From: Catajapyx aquilonaris
Lineage: Eukaryota
DNA length: 64,000 nt
Assembly (NCBI GenBank): GCA_000934665.2
Contig: JYFJ02000410.1
Span: 1 to 64,000, forward strand
Direction: 5' to 3'
Shown: positions 1 to 11,364 of the stretch, in pieces
Layout of the letters: every line of letters starts with the position of its first letter
Position numbering within the stretch: the first letter of the stretch is position 1
Program-made: the position numbers and the translations under genes
Notes under the pieces: generated by a model
What the model saw: the letters and a program-made list of their open reading frames with translations, nothing else
Told to the model about the DNA's origin: nothing
The model's database searches: none

Positions 1-134
1 ATTTGTAAACAGTGGCAACAATGGAAGCGCTCTTCATGGGCTGATGTTTGAATTGGCCCGCTGGACGGGGTTGCCAGGTAACGCCGCCGCCGCCGGAAAA
101 AAATATTCAGCGACGGCTATTATGTCCAGCACTG
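1..134. mobile_element. Right arm of a second copy of the same foldback MITE (truncated by the window edge)
   Basis: Closely matches 463-601 and ends TGTCCAGCACTG|TA. Confidence 0.85.
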
Positions 135-251
135 TACAAACAAAGCTAAGAAACTAACAAACAAAGCAGCAAACGAACAAACTTTTCATTTATAAAAATA
201 CAGGAGTGAATCGTTACTAAAACTTGGCAACACTGCCCGGCCCGCCCTGTA

Positions 252-601
252 CAGTGCTGGACAAATTAGCCGTCGCTGAATGTTTTTTTCCGGCGGCGGC
301 GGCGGCGGCGGCGGCGGCGTTACCTGGCAACCCTGTCCGGCGGGCCAATTCAAGCATCAGCCCATGGAGAGCGCTTCCATTGTTGCCACTGTGTACAAAT
401 CGAGTGGGTGAGTGCGCAGGCAGAAGAGACCCGTCGCTGGGTCGTCCGCGTCACTCACTCGATTAGTAAACAGTGGCAACAATGGAAGCGCTCTCCATGG
501 GCTGATGTTTGAATTGGCCCGCCGCACAGGGTTGCCAGGTAACGCCGCCGCAGCTGCCGCCGGAAAAAAACATTCAGCGACGGCTAATATGTCCAGCACT
601 G
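252..601. mobile_element. Foldback MITE, Tc1/mariner-type (TA target duplication)
   Basis: TA|CAGTGCTGGACA...TGTCCAGCACTG|TA. The two arms (about 252-415 and 447-601) are reverse complements over nearly the whole length. Confidence 0.9.
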
Positions 602-1018
602 TACTAGGACATAGTACGAAATGCCACTACCAGATGGCGCACAGGCTCCCTTTCTGCACACTACTGCCCTATCCGGGGGAAAGCAGCACGTTGGCACGTT
701 GGTGATGAGACATCGTGGACAGACAAGTTTGCCTAGTAAATTCTATTAACACTTTATTAAGGATTTATTGTTTCGATTTATGAGTATTGGCCATATCTTC
801 CATATTAAGAAACACCCTGTGCATACCCCTCAATTTAACTCAAGTGTTTTCTCATCATTTTCACCCCAAGTGACACCTTACACTTATCCGAATCCCCCCA
901 TGGAGAGAGCTCAGCCCTTGTCATTGTCGAAACCACTCTTTACTTCAACAATCCTTATGAGACATTCTCCCCATCTAGTGTAAACCTTCCACACACACGA
1001 CACAGACACACACAAAAA

Positions 1019-1062
1019 AGAAGAAGAAGAAGAAGAAGAAGAAGAAGAAGAAGACGAAGAAA
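1019..1062. repeat. (GAA)n microsatellite
   Basis: Directly visible. Confidence 0.95.
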
Positions 1063-1438
1063 GCTGTGGGAGGAGCGATTCTTTATCGGAGTTCGATAAA
1101 GCAAGTAAGAAAAGAAGGAGTGTGGTGGAATGGAGCAACCTTCCCCCCCGTCCCTTTTTCTCCCTCTGAACTTGCCTCTTTCAAGTGCTGAATATTTCAG
1201 AAGGGGAGGGGGGAAGGGGGGAAGGAAGGGGTATAGAGATAGGGCTAGAGGATTTTGCTCCCAGCCCTTTCCATCCAAAAAGGTAGTCGCAAACGGAGTC
1301 TGAATCGCTTGGGTGCCGACCCACTCCTTGAAAATTTTCGGGTCATTTCCGACCTGAGTGCATGGGGGTGGGCCTTTTCCACCCCAAAATTTGTGCAGAG
1401 AAACTCTCGGGAGAATACCATCTGATTAATTCTATCTT

Positions 1439-1439
<1 letters not shown>

Positions 1440-1485
<46 letters not shown>
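1440..1485. repeat. (CT)n microsatellite
   Basis: Directly visible. Confidence 0.95.
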
Positions 1486-1487
<2 letters not shown>

Positions 1488-1778
1488 GAGGGGTTTTGCT
1501 GATAAATTTTCGGACCGTGTTTTGCAATTTATATCAGCGACTGCAGGGAGAGAAGGCCAGGAACGTGATTGCAGGGAAGGTGTCCAAGGACCTTTTAAAA
1601 TTTGGGAGGGTTTGGGAGAGGTTTTCACCCTTCACAAGATATGTAGGACAAGCAGGTTTAGGGCACCTCTGGACGTCCTGAAATAGGACCGCGATGTTCT
1701 CACAGTGTTGGAGCGAATTTTCTCGGGACTCATCCGTTTTGAAACGCCATTATTATTTTTGTTCAAAAATTATTATTA

Positions 1779-2041
1779 ACGAACGCAACCGAGTGCGCAT
1801 CACAGTTCGCGCAGCATGCACGGTTGGCATTATCAATGGCTGTAGGTAAGGTTTGCACTTTCGTATTTCTAACGCTATGCTTGGGGGAAGAAACCAAATG
1901 GCCGACGTTTGCGACTTTGGCAAAACTCTGGAACAGACCTCAGAATCTACCGGTGTGTTTGGCCCCCCTGCGTAGTAACTCTGGCAACGTTGTCAGAACA
2001 CTGGAGCTGCGCGAGTATGGGTGCGCATTAGGTTGCAGCTC
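1779..2041. mobile_element. MITE family B, copy 1 (about 260 bp, TIR GCAACCGAGTGCGCA...TGCGCACTCGGTTGC consensus)
   Basis: Homologous along its length to 11087-11364, 36494-36749 and (inverted, partial) 35593-35747, with imperfect terminal inverted repeats. Confidence 0.75.
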
Positions 2042-3384
2042 TTGAGCTAATATTTTCGACAGTTGGCAATTTTTTGGCCGATTTTGCCACTTTTTAAAAA
2101 GCTTCCTCGTGCTTTTTGCTCAAAGCAAGTCTTGAACCTTTCCCTAAATTCACATCACGTTGCATCACAGTCTTGGGAGCGAAGTAACTGCAAGCTTTTG
2201 TCTTTCGCTGCGCTGAGCCGAAGTGGCTTCACCTTGAAGTTGAGGACCTCCTCCCCCCCCCNCCCCCCCCCCCCCCCCAAAAAAAAGGGCGAAAGAAATG
2301 GTGCCAATGCAGTAAGGGTAGAAGGAGGGGGTAAGGGCATCTCCGGTGCTCGTAAAGGATGTGCGAAACGCCCTATCCTCCATGGAGGACTAGAAGAGAG
2401 AAGAAGGAGGGAAAAAATGGAGGAAGGTTGAAGTTAGTCTTTGGGAAGGGAATAAAGATCGTTGGAGAAGAGATAGGCTGATGGAAATTTAATCTTGCGG
2501 GATCGGTCCACATGAGAACCTCCATTTTCGCTTCTGATAAGAAAAATTGCAATGCTCTAGTTCATACTGACCGCTATCAACGTACTGCCATTTTCCTCTT
2601 AGAGATGGCGTTTTCACCTCACTCTGGACGACCAGAGGAACAGGTTCAAGCCAATGCTACATACTGTATATGATCGTGTAAATTAGAAACTCGGGGACTA
2701 TTGTTACTGTACTGATATTCAATTCGTAATATTAGTAATCAAAGCTTTTTGTGGTCTAAAAATTATCGTTGCCTTACACTCGCGGTACAAAACAAGGACA
2801 GTGTTCAGTGAACTCGCGTTCAGCGTATTTGGTCTTATCGACTGATGACGACGAAAATGAACGTCAGGAAGAAGGAAAAATAGAGATGATTATTCTTTAT
2901 CGCTTCCTCACCCCCACCACTCTCCACTTCAAAAAACTCTCCAGGAATTTATCTGGGCGCTGGGATCGATTTGTTTTGCCCATGGGCCGTTGATAAATGG
3001 TCTTAATGAGATTAGAGGAAGGGGTGTGGAGGGTGTGGGTGGGTGCCTTATAAGGAGCTTCATGGCAGGAACTCTAATCACAGGTTGTTCGCTGAAAGGA
3101 TCTCAAATCAGCCAAAAAAAAGAGAGGTGGGGTCGCACGAAAAGTCGAAAGCTGCCAAAAATTTCCTATAAACTGGCTAGAAAATAACCGGAACAATCAG
3201 GCTCTGTTGGAAAAGATGGTTCTAAAATTTGTTTTAAAAAAGCGATATCCGGTCTCACACTTGGTTACAAAAATGATCGTCATCATTTTCATAGCAAAAA
3301 AAAAAACAAAAACAGATTATCTCGAGATTTTCTAGAAATAGAGCCCATTGCTATATTATCTGATCCATTCAGTCGTAGAATTAA

Positions 3385-3860
3385 TATAATAACTGATATT
3401 AGAACTAATAAAATATATTATTATAACCAATAAGTTGCAATAAACTAATGCTAGAACTAGTACAATAAACTAACGTTACAACTGTTACAATAAACCAACA
3501 TTACAAAAAATACAGCAAACGCTGGTTATAAAATAATATACGTACAGTGCTAAACTAATATCAGAACTCATTTTTATGCAGTATAAATTTTCATTTATTT
3601 ATTGAATATTAATTATTTTACAAAATCAGAAATAATTTAATTAAACAATAGCCCCGGACAAACATAGGCACAGGCTCAATGTGAGGATGTGAATGAATGA
3701 ATGAATAGCAGAACTAATAACTTATAATAAACCAATACCAGAACTAATGTAATTATCTAATGCCAGAGCTAATGTAATTAACTAATGCCGACTATAATGT
3801 AATTAACTAATGCCAGAACTAATACCAGTTTTTTCTGATATTAGTTGAACTAATATCCGA
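3385..3860. repeat. AT-rich degenerate repeat (AGAACTAAT.. / ACTAATGCC)
   Basis: Recurring AACTAATGCCAGAACTAATGTAATT-like units, clearest at 3710-3828. Confidence 0.6.
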
Positions 3861-6800
3861 AAAAATGAAAATTTTAGAAATAATGTAATAAAATATATTA
3901 TGGTGGAAAAACTGTTGCGCTCATTGCAGAAACTGTTACAGTTGTAAAACACTAGTATTACATCCATTTCCAACTAATTTTCTCATTTTAAAAATGGTTT
4001 CTGGTGTAAACAATATATTCGTTACTTATATTCTCAAACCCTCGCCTCGCCTTGAACTGAGAGACTTTGTCAGTGCATTTTGCTATACACAAAACACGCG
4101 AAATCACACTAATGGAGAAAGATTCGCAGTGTTTGTGGAGGGGACGTGGGTATAAACTCCCTCGCTTCATTTCAGATTCGTAATAGAAACGGAGCTTTAC
4201 ATTTTCCTTCTTTATTTCCCCTGGTTCCCCTTCGCACATTAAAATTAACTTGTGTTTTCCCGCAGTTAAAGCTTGAGCTTCATCAAGGACTGTATGCAGC
4301 ACTGATACCATCATCTGCTATAATAAGCATCCTCATTTTCTGCATATGCCAAATCCCGAAATTTCGCATGAAAACAGCACAATCCGTCTTGGTGATGCAG
4401 ATGAGCCGATCACATTTATCCACGTGAATAAACTTTAAAAGTCATTTTCAAACAATCGTGCTTTTTTTCTGTGCCAGTTGCGTGTAAAACGGGATTTAGT
4501 CCGTAAACTGCTAAATCCCACTTCGAAATTAACAATGGCCGCATGGTAATCAACTTTGGCAACAAGGAGAAACAGGGCTCGGATCAAAAACACGGCTTTT
4601 TTAAATATAATTTTTGCACAAAAAAAATTGCTGGGAACTTTTAAGTACTGGGATCAGTTCACAGGCCAGTGCATGATTACCATAATTGCATTACATCATT
4701 TTTTCACAAAACGCACGTAATGTGGCACATAATTATGCATTATGCGACGCGGAATTGAATTTTCTGCATTGAAACAAAGCCTGTAACGTCCACGAACTAC
4801 AGAGAGTTCGAAACTGCATGAACGAATTTGAAAAAAGTATTTAAGTAATGTAAGTTAGACACATGTGTACGTGTGTTACACATTGTGTTACAATCGATAA
4901 AGAATAACTGCTGAAACTGATGAAAATGTGATCTCTTCCAATTTTAATGTAATAATTTTGATGATTGAGTAACTAAATCTGGACAAACAAACAAACAAAC
5001 AAACTTGGCCTTTTATAATCATAATAAACTATAGATTATAGAATTGTAAACCAGAATAATGCAATGTCTTTTATTAATACGAAATATTTTACTGCTGAGA
5101 ATAAAAAGGTCCATTCTGTTCAGTGGGGTTATTTTTGACTCAATCGCGTCTTACTTCCAAATAGCAGCTTACTTAATCAGCTTTGAACTCTAATTTTTCT
5201 ATAAAAAAATAAAAACCTGAAAAACCCGCCCAGCATCCTCCCCTCTGGATCCTTAAAAAAAACCCATCGATCATACTTTGTTGTCAAGAATAGGGCCAAG
5301 GAATGAGATATTTAAAAAAACTCAGATGTGACGTCACGGGTGTTGGCAATAGCTTAACTTTTTTTTGGAGGGTTGAGTCGTGTGAAGAGAGGGAGGAAGG
5401 CCTATTATCCTCTTTCAGGCTTTTTATCGCATTCTTCCTCCAGCAATCTATTATTCCCTTGCCGCTTGTTCCTCCCTAGTGTAGGCCCCTGTACTTTGCC
5501 CTTAGGCCGAGGCGAAGGAACAATCTGGGGAGTCTAGTCATCCGGGCGTAGGTCAGTCACCTCCCTCGGTTTCACTTATCTTTGGGTGATATTTTTCATA
5601 CATGCCTGTTTTCATGCAAGACATGACATGCAACTATCTAGATAATGTGTGTTCAATATAATATGTGTTCAATATAATGTTTTCAAATGTGATATTACAG
5701 CAGTTAGATTGATTAATTAATCACAACAAATAAAAACATAATATGTATATAACAAAATCTGTATGGGTCTATAATTATGTAACATGCGGTGTTTGTTGGT
5801 TCGATTGCTTATACTCTGTATGGGTATGAAACGGGTTTTAAAACTGGGTATGAATTGGGCATGAAATGAGTGTAAAAATAATCTGTTTATGTAGTACACT
5901 TTGTATCTTACATAACAAAAGACAAAGTCTATTTATTGTTCGTTTGTTTGTCCATTTTGGTTACTGTGGAAAACAGGTTTCCATGCCATATAAATTCGGA
6001 TCTGCACAGTATTATTATTTGACGGTGCAAGTGGTAAGAACGAATTCTGCTACTATAAATATATGATAAGTGCTAACATCATAAAATAAGACGGCCAACA
6101 AAATAATAAAACTTAATACACTCTTTAAATTTTTCTTAAAGACCTCAGTTGTCTCCACAGATTTTGGCAGAGAAAATCTGAATAATTAAAGGAAGAGTAT
6201 TTCGCATGGAAATGAGAGACAATCCCGCCTGCACTATTCTTCTTCTTTTTTTATTATTTTTCGCCAAGCTCAATCAGAATGTCAGCTTTTTAGCATAGGA
6301 AGTTAATAAAGGAGGGCATTAATATTCTTCATAGTTTTGCAACGGTCAGAGCGAAACCTAATTGTAAGGAAAGTAGAGAACGTGAATTTTCCTCCACTCC
6401 CATATATTAGTCCAGGGATTTTACCCCCCGCCCCTTCCCCACAAATTGAGATATTGGAAAACGTCAGATGCTTTTCTTCTTTGGGCATTTTCATAATATA
6501 ACTCTCCCTTTAAAATTTGGGGCTGTACAGTCATATTCGTGCCTGGTCTAATCACTCAATTGGTGGTCTTGCAGCCGAGTTTTGACAGGAAGCTGCATGA
6601 AAATCGTTGGCCAAAAAACGTGAGCTGGAAAACCCTTTTTGCAAGACGGAATGTTAAAAGAGAAATATTCCAAAAATTGCACGACATTATGCCAACTTAT
6701 AGTTGAGGAAACAACTTCAACCTGTTTTTTGTTTGGAGAAGGAAAAAAAATTGTGTCTAATCAGCCTGAATTTAGTTGTTAAGGTCTTGATGACAGTGGA

Positions 6801-8123
6801 AGAAACTTTTTGTTAACGCGAAAATGGCACACGATGTTTTGAAAAAGTTAACATGTGGTCTTAAAGTCTTCATCGCGAAGGTTTCGCATGACAACATGCC
6901 AAGACCCCATGATGAGAATTTTGACCTGTAAAGATAGGTCAGGAAAATGCGGAATTTGACCTATTCATTAATATATTGTCAAAAAGACTGGTAGAAAAGT
7001 GATGGTTATTACCCTCTAGATATGCCTTAATTATTTTTATGTCATTTTTAAAACTTTTTATGAACAAATTAATAACTAACACAACGTAACATTTGTTGAC
7101 ATGTTCTACATATAGGACGCTATGCATATCTGGGTTAATTAGTTGAGTAACTGACATGTAAATGACATTATTGCATCAACACTAGAGACACTTTTTAAAA
7201 TCTAGACTCAGCCCTTGAACTATTGTCCAGTGACCTTTTCGTATGGCATTTCATCACTCAGAGACCCCTTGGGAAGGTGGGCTCTGGCTGGTATTTTAGG
7301 AGGGACACAATAATAGAGACAAGCATGTGAAGCTTCCTTTCACAGAGACGTTTGTGGCATTTGCATGGTGGAGGGAATCCATCAATCGACTTTACAATCT
7401 ATTGAACTTTTTTATAATATATATCATGGAGAGATTTTTCGTGCAGGGCTGGCAGGTCTAGGGAGGGGGGGGGGAGGCTATGGACATCCGGGGGAGGAGA
7501 GGAAAGGAATACATCCATTCAGAACGTCAAGTAGAAAGCCGAGTTATTATTTGATGGGCTCAGTCAGGCCAGACTCATTTTTTTTACAGTTTTAAAAATC
7601 GAAAGGGAAAGGTCAAGATAGCCCTATGTACGAAGTCATCCGAATCACTGTGATTTTAAAACGCTTTTAGGCACAGATATGGTCCTAAGTGTTAATATTT
7701 AAGCAGTTCAAAATTCAAATGTAAGTTATACACATTTCATTTCGTCCCATGAACTGAAATCAGCAGCTACTGCAGCAGAATCGCGAGCAAATTAACGCTT
7801 AGTTGTTTCTCGACTAACTGTTCTTCCACTGTTACATTATAGTTGTTACATCTGTTTTTTTAAACTAGTACATCGTACCTGTTATTGTTTTGATTGGGGT
7901 TAAGGTTTACCGAATTTTCTTTGGCATTGTAATTTATTTTATAACGCTGTATGTAGCCAAAGTAAATAACCAATTGAAACATCTATCGCTAGAAAACAAA
8001 CAACAACAAGCTACAAGTGAAAAATTATGTTCAGAGCCCCTTGGATTAAGTATACGGGGTACAAATATAAAACAAACAAACAAACGAAAATAAGTAAATA
8101 AATAGATAGATGAGCACATAAAT

Positions 8124-8194
8124 AAAATGCTAAATGCTAAAATGCTAAATTGCTGAAATGCTAAATGCTAAAATGCTAAAATGCTAAAATGCTA
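8124..8194. repeat. (AAATGCT/AAAATGCT)n short tandem repeat
   Basis: About 9 consecutive 7-8-bp units. Confidence 0.85.
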
Positions 8195-8280
8195 ATAAAC
8201 AAAAATAAATAAAATATCAAATGTCTGACATGCATATTATGCATGTCAGACATTTGATATTTTATTTATTTTTGTTTATT
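8194..8280. repeat. Perfect AT-rich palindrome (43-bp arms, 1-nt spacer)
   Basis: AATAAACAAAAATAAATAAAATATCAAATGTCTGACATGCATA-T-TATGCATGTCAGACATTTGATATTTTATTTATTTTTGTTTATT. Confidence 0.9.
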
Positions 8281-9652
8281 TATTTTCTGCTATTAGTAGC
8301 TAATACATTTATGATAACCACTAAAAGTAACCATGTCAAAATAGCTACTAAGCAGCTTAATTTTAAATGGTCACTGACGGTAAATGCTTAATTTCAAAAA
8401 AAAATGTTACATAATAGTTACTGATTCATTATAAGCAGCTCACTTTGGAATAATAAGCAGCTTAGTGGAAAATTGGCATGAGAAATCGTACAAGTATTTT
8501 GGATCCTGTTTTTCACCGTTTGCTTTGGTTTAAAGCTTCAGTAAAGCGCTTACTCCTGCTAATACAGAGCACGCAGAGCAAAGCTACTCTAGTTGAGACA
8601 TTTTCATTCAAGCAGTGAGAGGGTGGGTGGGTTGGGGGAACGCAATATTTGGAGGAACATGACTCTCGGTATACGGTACACTGCCGGTATATCGATCTCC
8701 CTCCCTCCCTCCCTCCCTCCCACCCCCCTTTTCATGCTGGCAAACTCTGGAATGGCAGGGAACTGAAACAGAGAGGCAAAGTTGGGTCTGCCGTATGTGG
8801 CATTTCAATTGTCAATTATTAATTAGCTCGCAAAATGAGTTTCCGTCATCGACCGCATGAACGTCCATGAATGAATTGTTCCCGATGAATACGCCGACCA
8901 GGAACAATTTGATTACCAGATTTTTTTTTTTTTTGCGGCTGAAAGAGAGAGAAGACACTGCTGCTGCTGGAGAGGGGAGGGTAGTATTTTAATCGCAAAT
9001 AAATCATGAAGCCGTTTGGGTTTGGATGCGCATCTATGTTTTAAACGATAACTAGCTGTAATCGAACCAGACGTTGCATATTTTACTAAAACAGTATTCG
9101 CAGCGGAATTCATGCGGTTCGGAAGCCTGGAAAGGGGAAAACGTGGTGTTACAGCACCGAATTTAGATGAACTATTTATGCCAGGAATGACGTCGCAATA
9201 AGTTTCAACCCAATTTTTAAGCAATATTATTTTACTACATCATGTTCATTACGTGGTGGCAGCACGCGCATGAATTTTGGACTTTATTTCGCAAAGAAAA
9301 TCAGCAAATTGCAATATTCAACATCTTGCGCAGAATCGATTCCTCTGCAGTGAATTAAACCGATGCTTTTATTCTACCTAATATTAAAAGCTAATAATGT
9401 AACAATTCCAAAAGTACCTGATTCATAATAAGCAAGTTAATAAAAAGGTTTCTTATATATAAGAATAATAGTTATTATTGTTAATTAACAGTTATTGGCA
9501 ACAGTTATTTCTGTCGATATAACTACAGTAATTTGGTTTATTACTATGTTCATTATCAATGTAATATTCATATAGCCACTGATGTAAGTTAGTAATACTG
9601 TACTTATTAACATAATAATTAATAATGGGTGTTATTATAGTAATAGTTAAAA

Positions 9653-9923
9653 GGGCGACACGGTGGCTGAGTGGTTCGCGCCGCAGGCTTCCACCTCTAA
9701 GGTCCCAAGTTCGATCCCCGGGTCGGACGGAGGATACTTTATGTGGGTAGAGTTTCGATGGGTTCTCTCCGTGTTCGCGTGGGTTTTCTCGGGGTTCTCC
9801 CGTTTCCTCCCATTATCAAAATCCATCACATTACAGGCAAATGATTAAAGTCGGGTATTCAAAAGCTGATCCCCTAAGAGGCCCAAGGGGCCTATCACGG
9901 GGTATCCATTATTTATATTTATT
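9653..9923 (+). mobile_element. tRNA-derived SINE with V-SINE-like central domain
   Basis: A box TGGCTGAGTGG and B box GTTCGATCC. The body TTCTCTCCGTGTTCGCGTGGGTTTTCTCGGGGTTCTCCCGTTTCCTCCCA resembles the V domain. It has a 3' stem-loop and an (ATTT)-like tail. The 15-bp TSD is TAGTAATAGTTAAAA (9638-9652) / TAGTAATATTTAAAA (9924-9938), one mismatch. Confidence 0.9.
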
Positions 9924-10050
9924 TAGTAATATTTAAAAATAAGAATACAGAATAATAATGATTATTATGGCTACTAATAGTGGTTGGTAATAGTTACTAT
10001 CGATATAACTGTAACTGGGTTAATTCTTATTTTAATGATCGATATAATAG

Positions 10051-10158
10051 TTAATAATATAGCTATCATTACAAGTTAATAATATAGCTATCATTACAAG
10101 TTAATAATATAGCTATCATTACAAGTTAATAATATAGCTATCATTACAAGTTAATAAT
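10051..10158. repeat. 25-bp minisatellite (TTAATAATATAGCTATCATTACAAG) x4
   Basis: Four perfect copies plus a partial fifth. Confidence 0.95.
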
Positions 10159-10197
10159 TCTTATTAATGCAATAGTTATTACTTATTACCAATATAT

Positions 10198-10198
10198 C

Positions 10199-10294
<96 letters not shown>
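10198..10294. repeat. Compound microsatellite (CAA)n(TAA)n
   Basis: Directly visible. Confidence 0.95.
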
Positions 10295-10295
<1 letters not shown>

Positions 10296-11086
10296 GTCAT
10301 TGAATTTCCTTCGAAATATTCTGTTTGGACACAACTATCAGTGAACGGAAGATTATATGGTGACATCACAAGTTTTAAACCGCCATTTAAATTAGTCCTC
10401 TCTGAATACAGTTTCATTATTATTATTAAGACTGTTACGTAGCTTCTCATTAACGCCATTGGTAGGCCTTATCTACATGAGGCCCAATTTAGCAGTGAAT
10501 CTTTTTGGGATGTCGGAGGCTGGGAGAGCTAGGAGACTGAGGAGCGTGACCCAAGTAAATGACTCAACCCGTCCCGCTCCTTAATCAAGTGGGGATAAAA
10601 TCCCCCTCTCCTTCCCTCCCTTCCTCCCACCCCTCCACCCAGTTCCTTCCTTCTATACCACCCACCGACTAAGTGGAAATTGGGTCTGGTCCTTGTCAAA
10701 CTGATCTATCGCGTAGTCTCAAAGGGACCATGGGAGATGCGTCACCTCCCTGTTTGATGGGCTCAGGTCGAAAACGCCCTTCAACGAGCGTTCGATAGAA
10801 CAGGTTTTAACCCACCAATGAGCTTTGAGGTTTTTTTTTTACTAATGAGCGGTTTTCATGATTTGGTTCGCGGCCCTGCCATCAGCGTAGAGCCCACAGG
10901 GGGACGGGGGGGGGGGGGGGNGGGGGGGGGGGAATTCACTGATCACCATTTTACATTTCGAAACATTTTCATACGACGTACTATAGCAGCACTGTAGCAG
11001 AAAAGTACGGTATGTTTGTCCATGTTTGGTTATCATGGCAAATTTTGGCAATGGCTTCACTATGAAATGTATAAGTGAATTTTTGG

Positions 11087-11364
11087 CGAACGCAACCTAT
11101 AGTGTGCACCGCAGTTCGCGCAGCCTGCATGGTTGGCATTATCAATGATAAGATTGGTAAGCTCTGTATAGTGGGTGTATTGTACTACACTTATTTCCAA
11201 CGCTACTCTTGGGAGAAACAAAATGGCCGACGTTTGCAACATTGCCAAAGCTCAGAGGCTACTGATGTTAATTTACATATTTGCTCCTGGGTAGTAACTC
11301 TGGCAACGTTGTTGTCAGAACTATGGAGCTGCGCTAGTGTGGGTGCGCACTCTGTTGCGCTCGC
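11087..11364. mobile_element. MITE family B, copy 2
   Basis: Shares CAGTTCGCGCAGC, CAAATGGCCGACGTTTGC and GTAGTAACTCTGGCAACGTTGT with copy 1, plus the TIR-like ends. Confidence 0.75.

Noticed and set aside
224..705. Ala-rich ORFs on both strands
   Set aside because: They arise from (GCC)n tracts in the MITE arms, and the mirror-image translations reflect the inverted repeat.
9653..9725. Functional tRNA gene
   Set aside because: The cloverleaf is imperfect and continues into a SINE body bounded by a TSD.
10051..10158. CRISPR-like regular repeats (also 18086-18228 and 51270-51630)
   Set aside because: Head-to-tail units without unique spacers, no cas genes, and a eukaryotic context.
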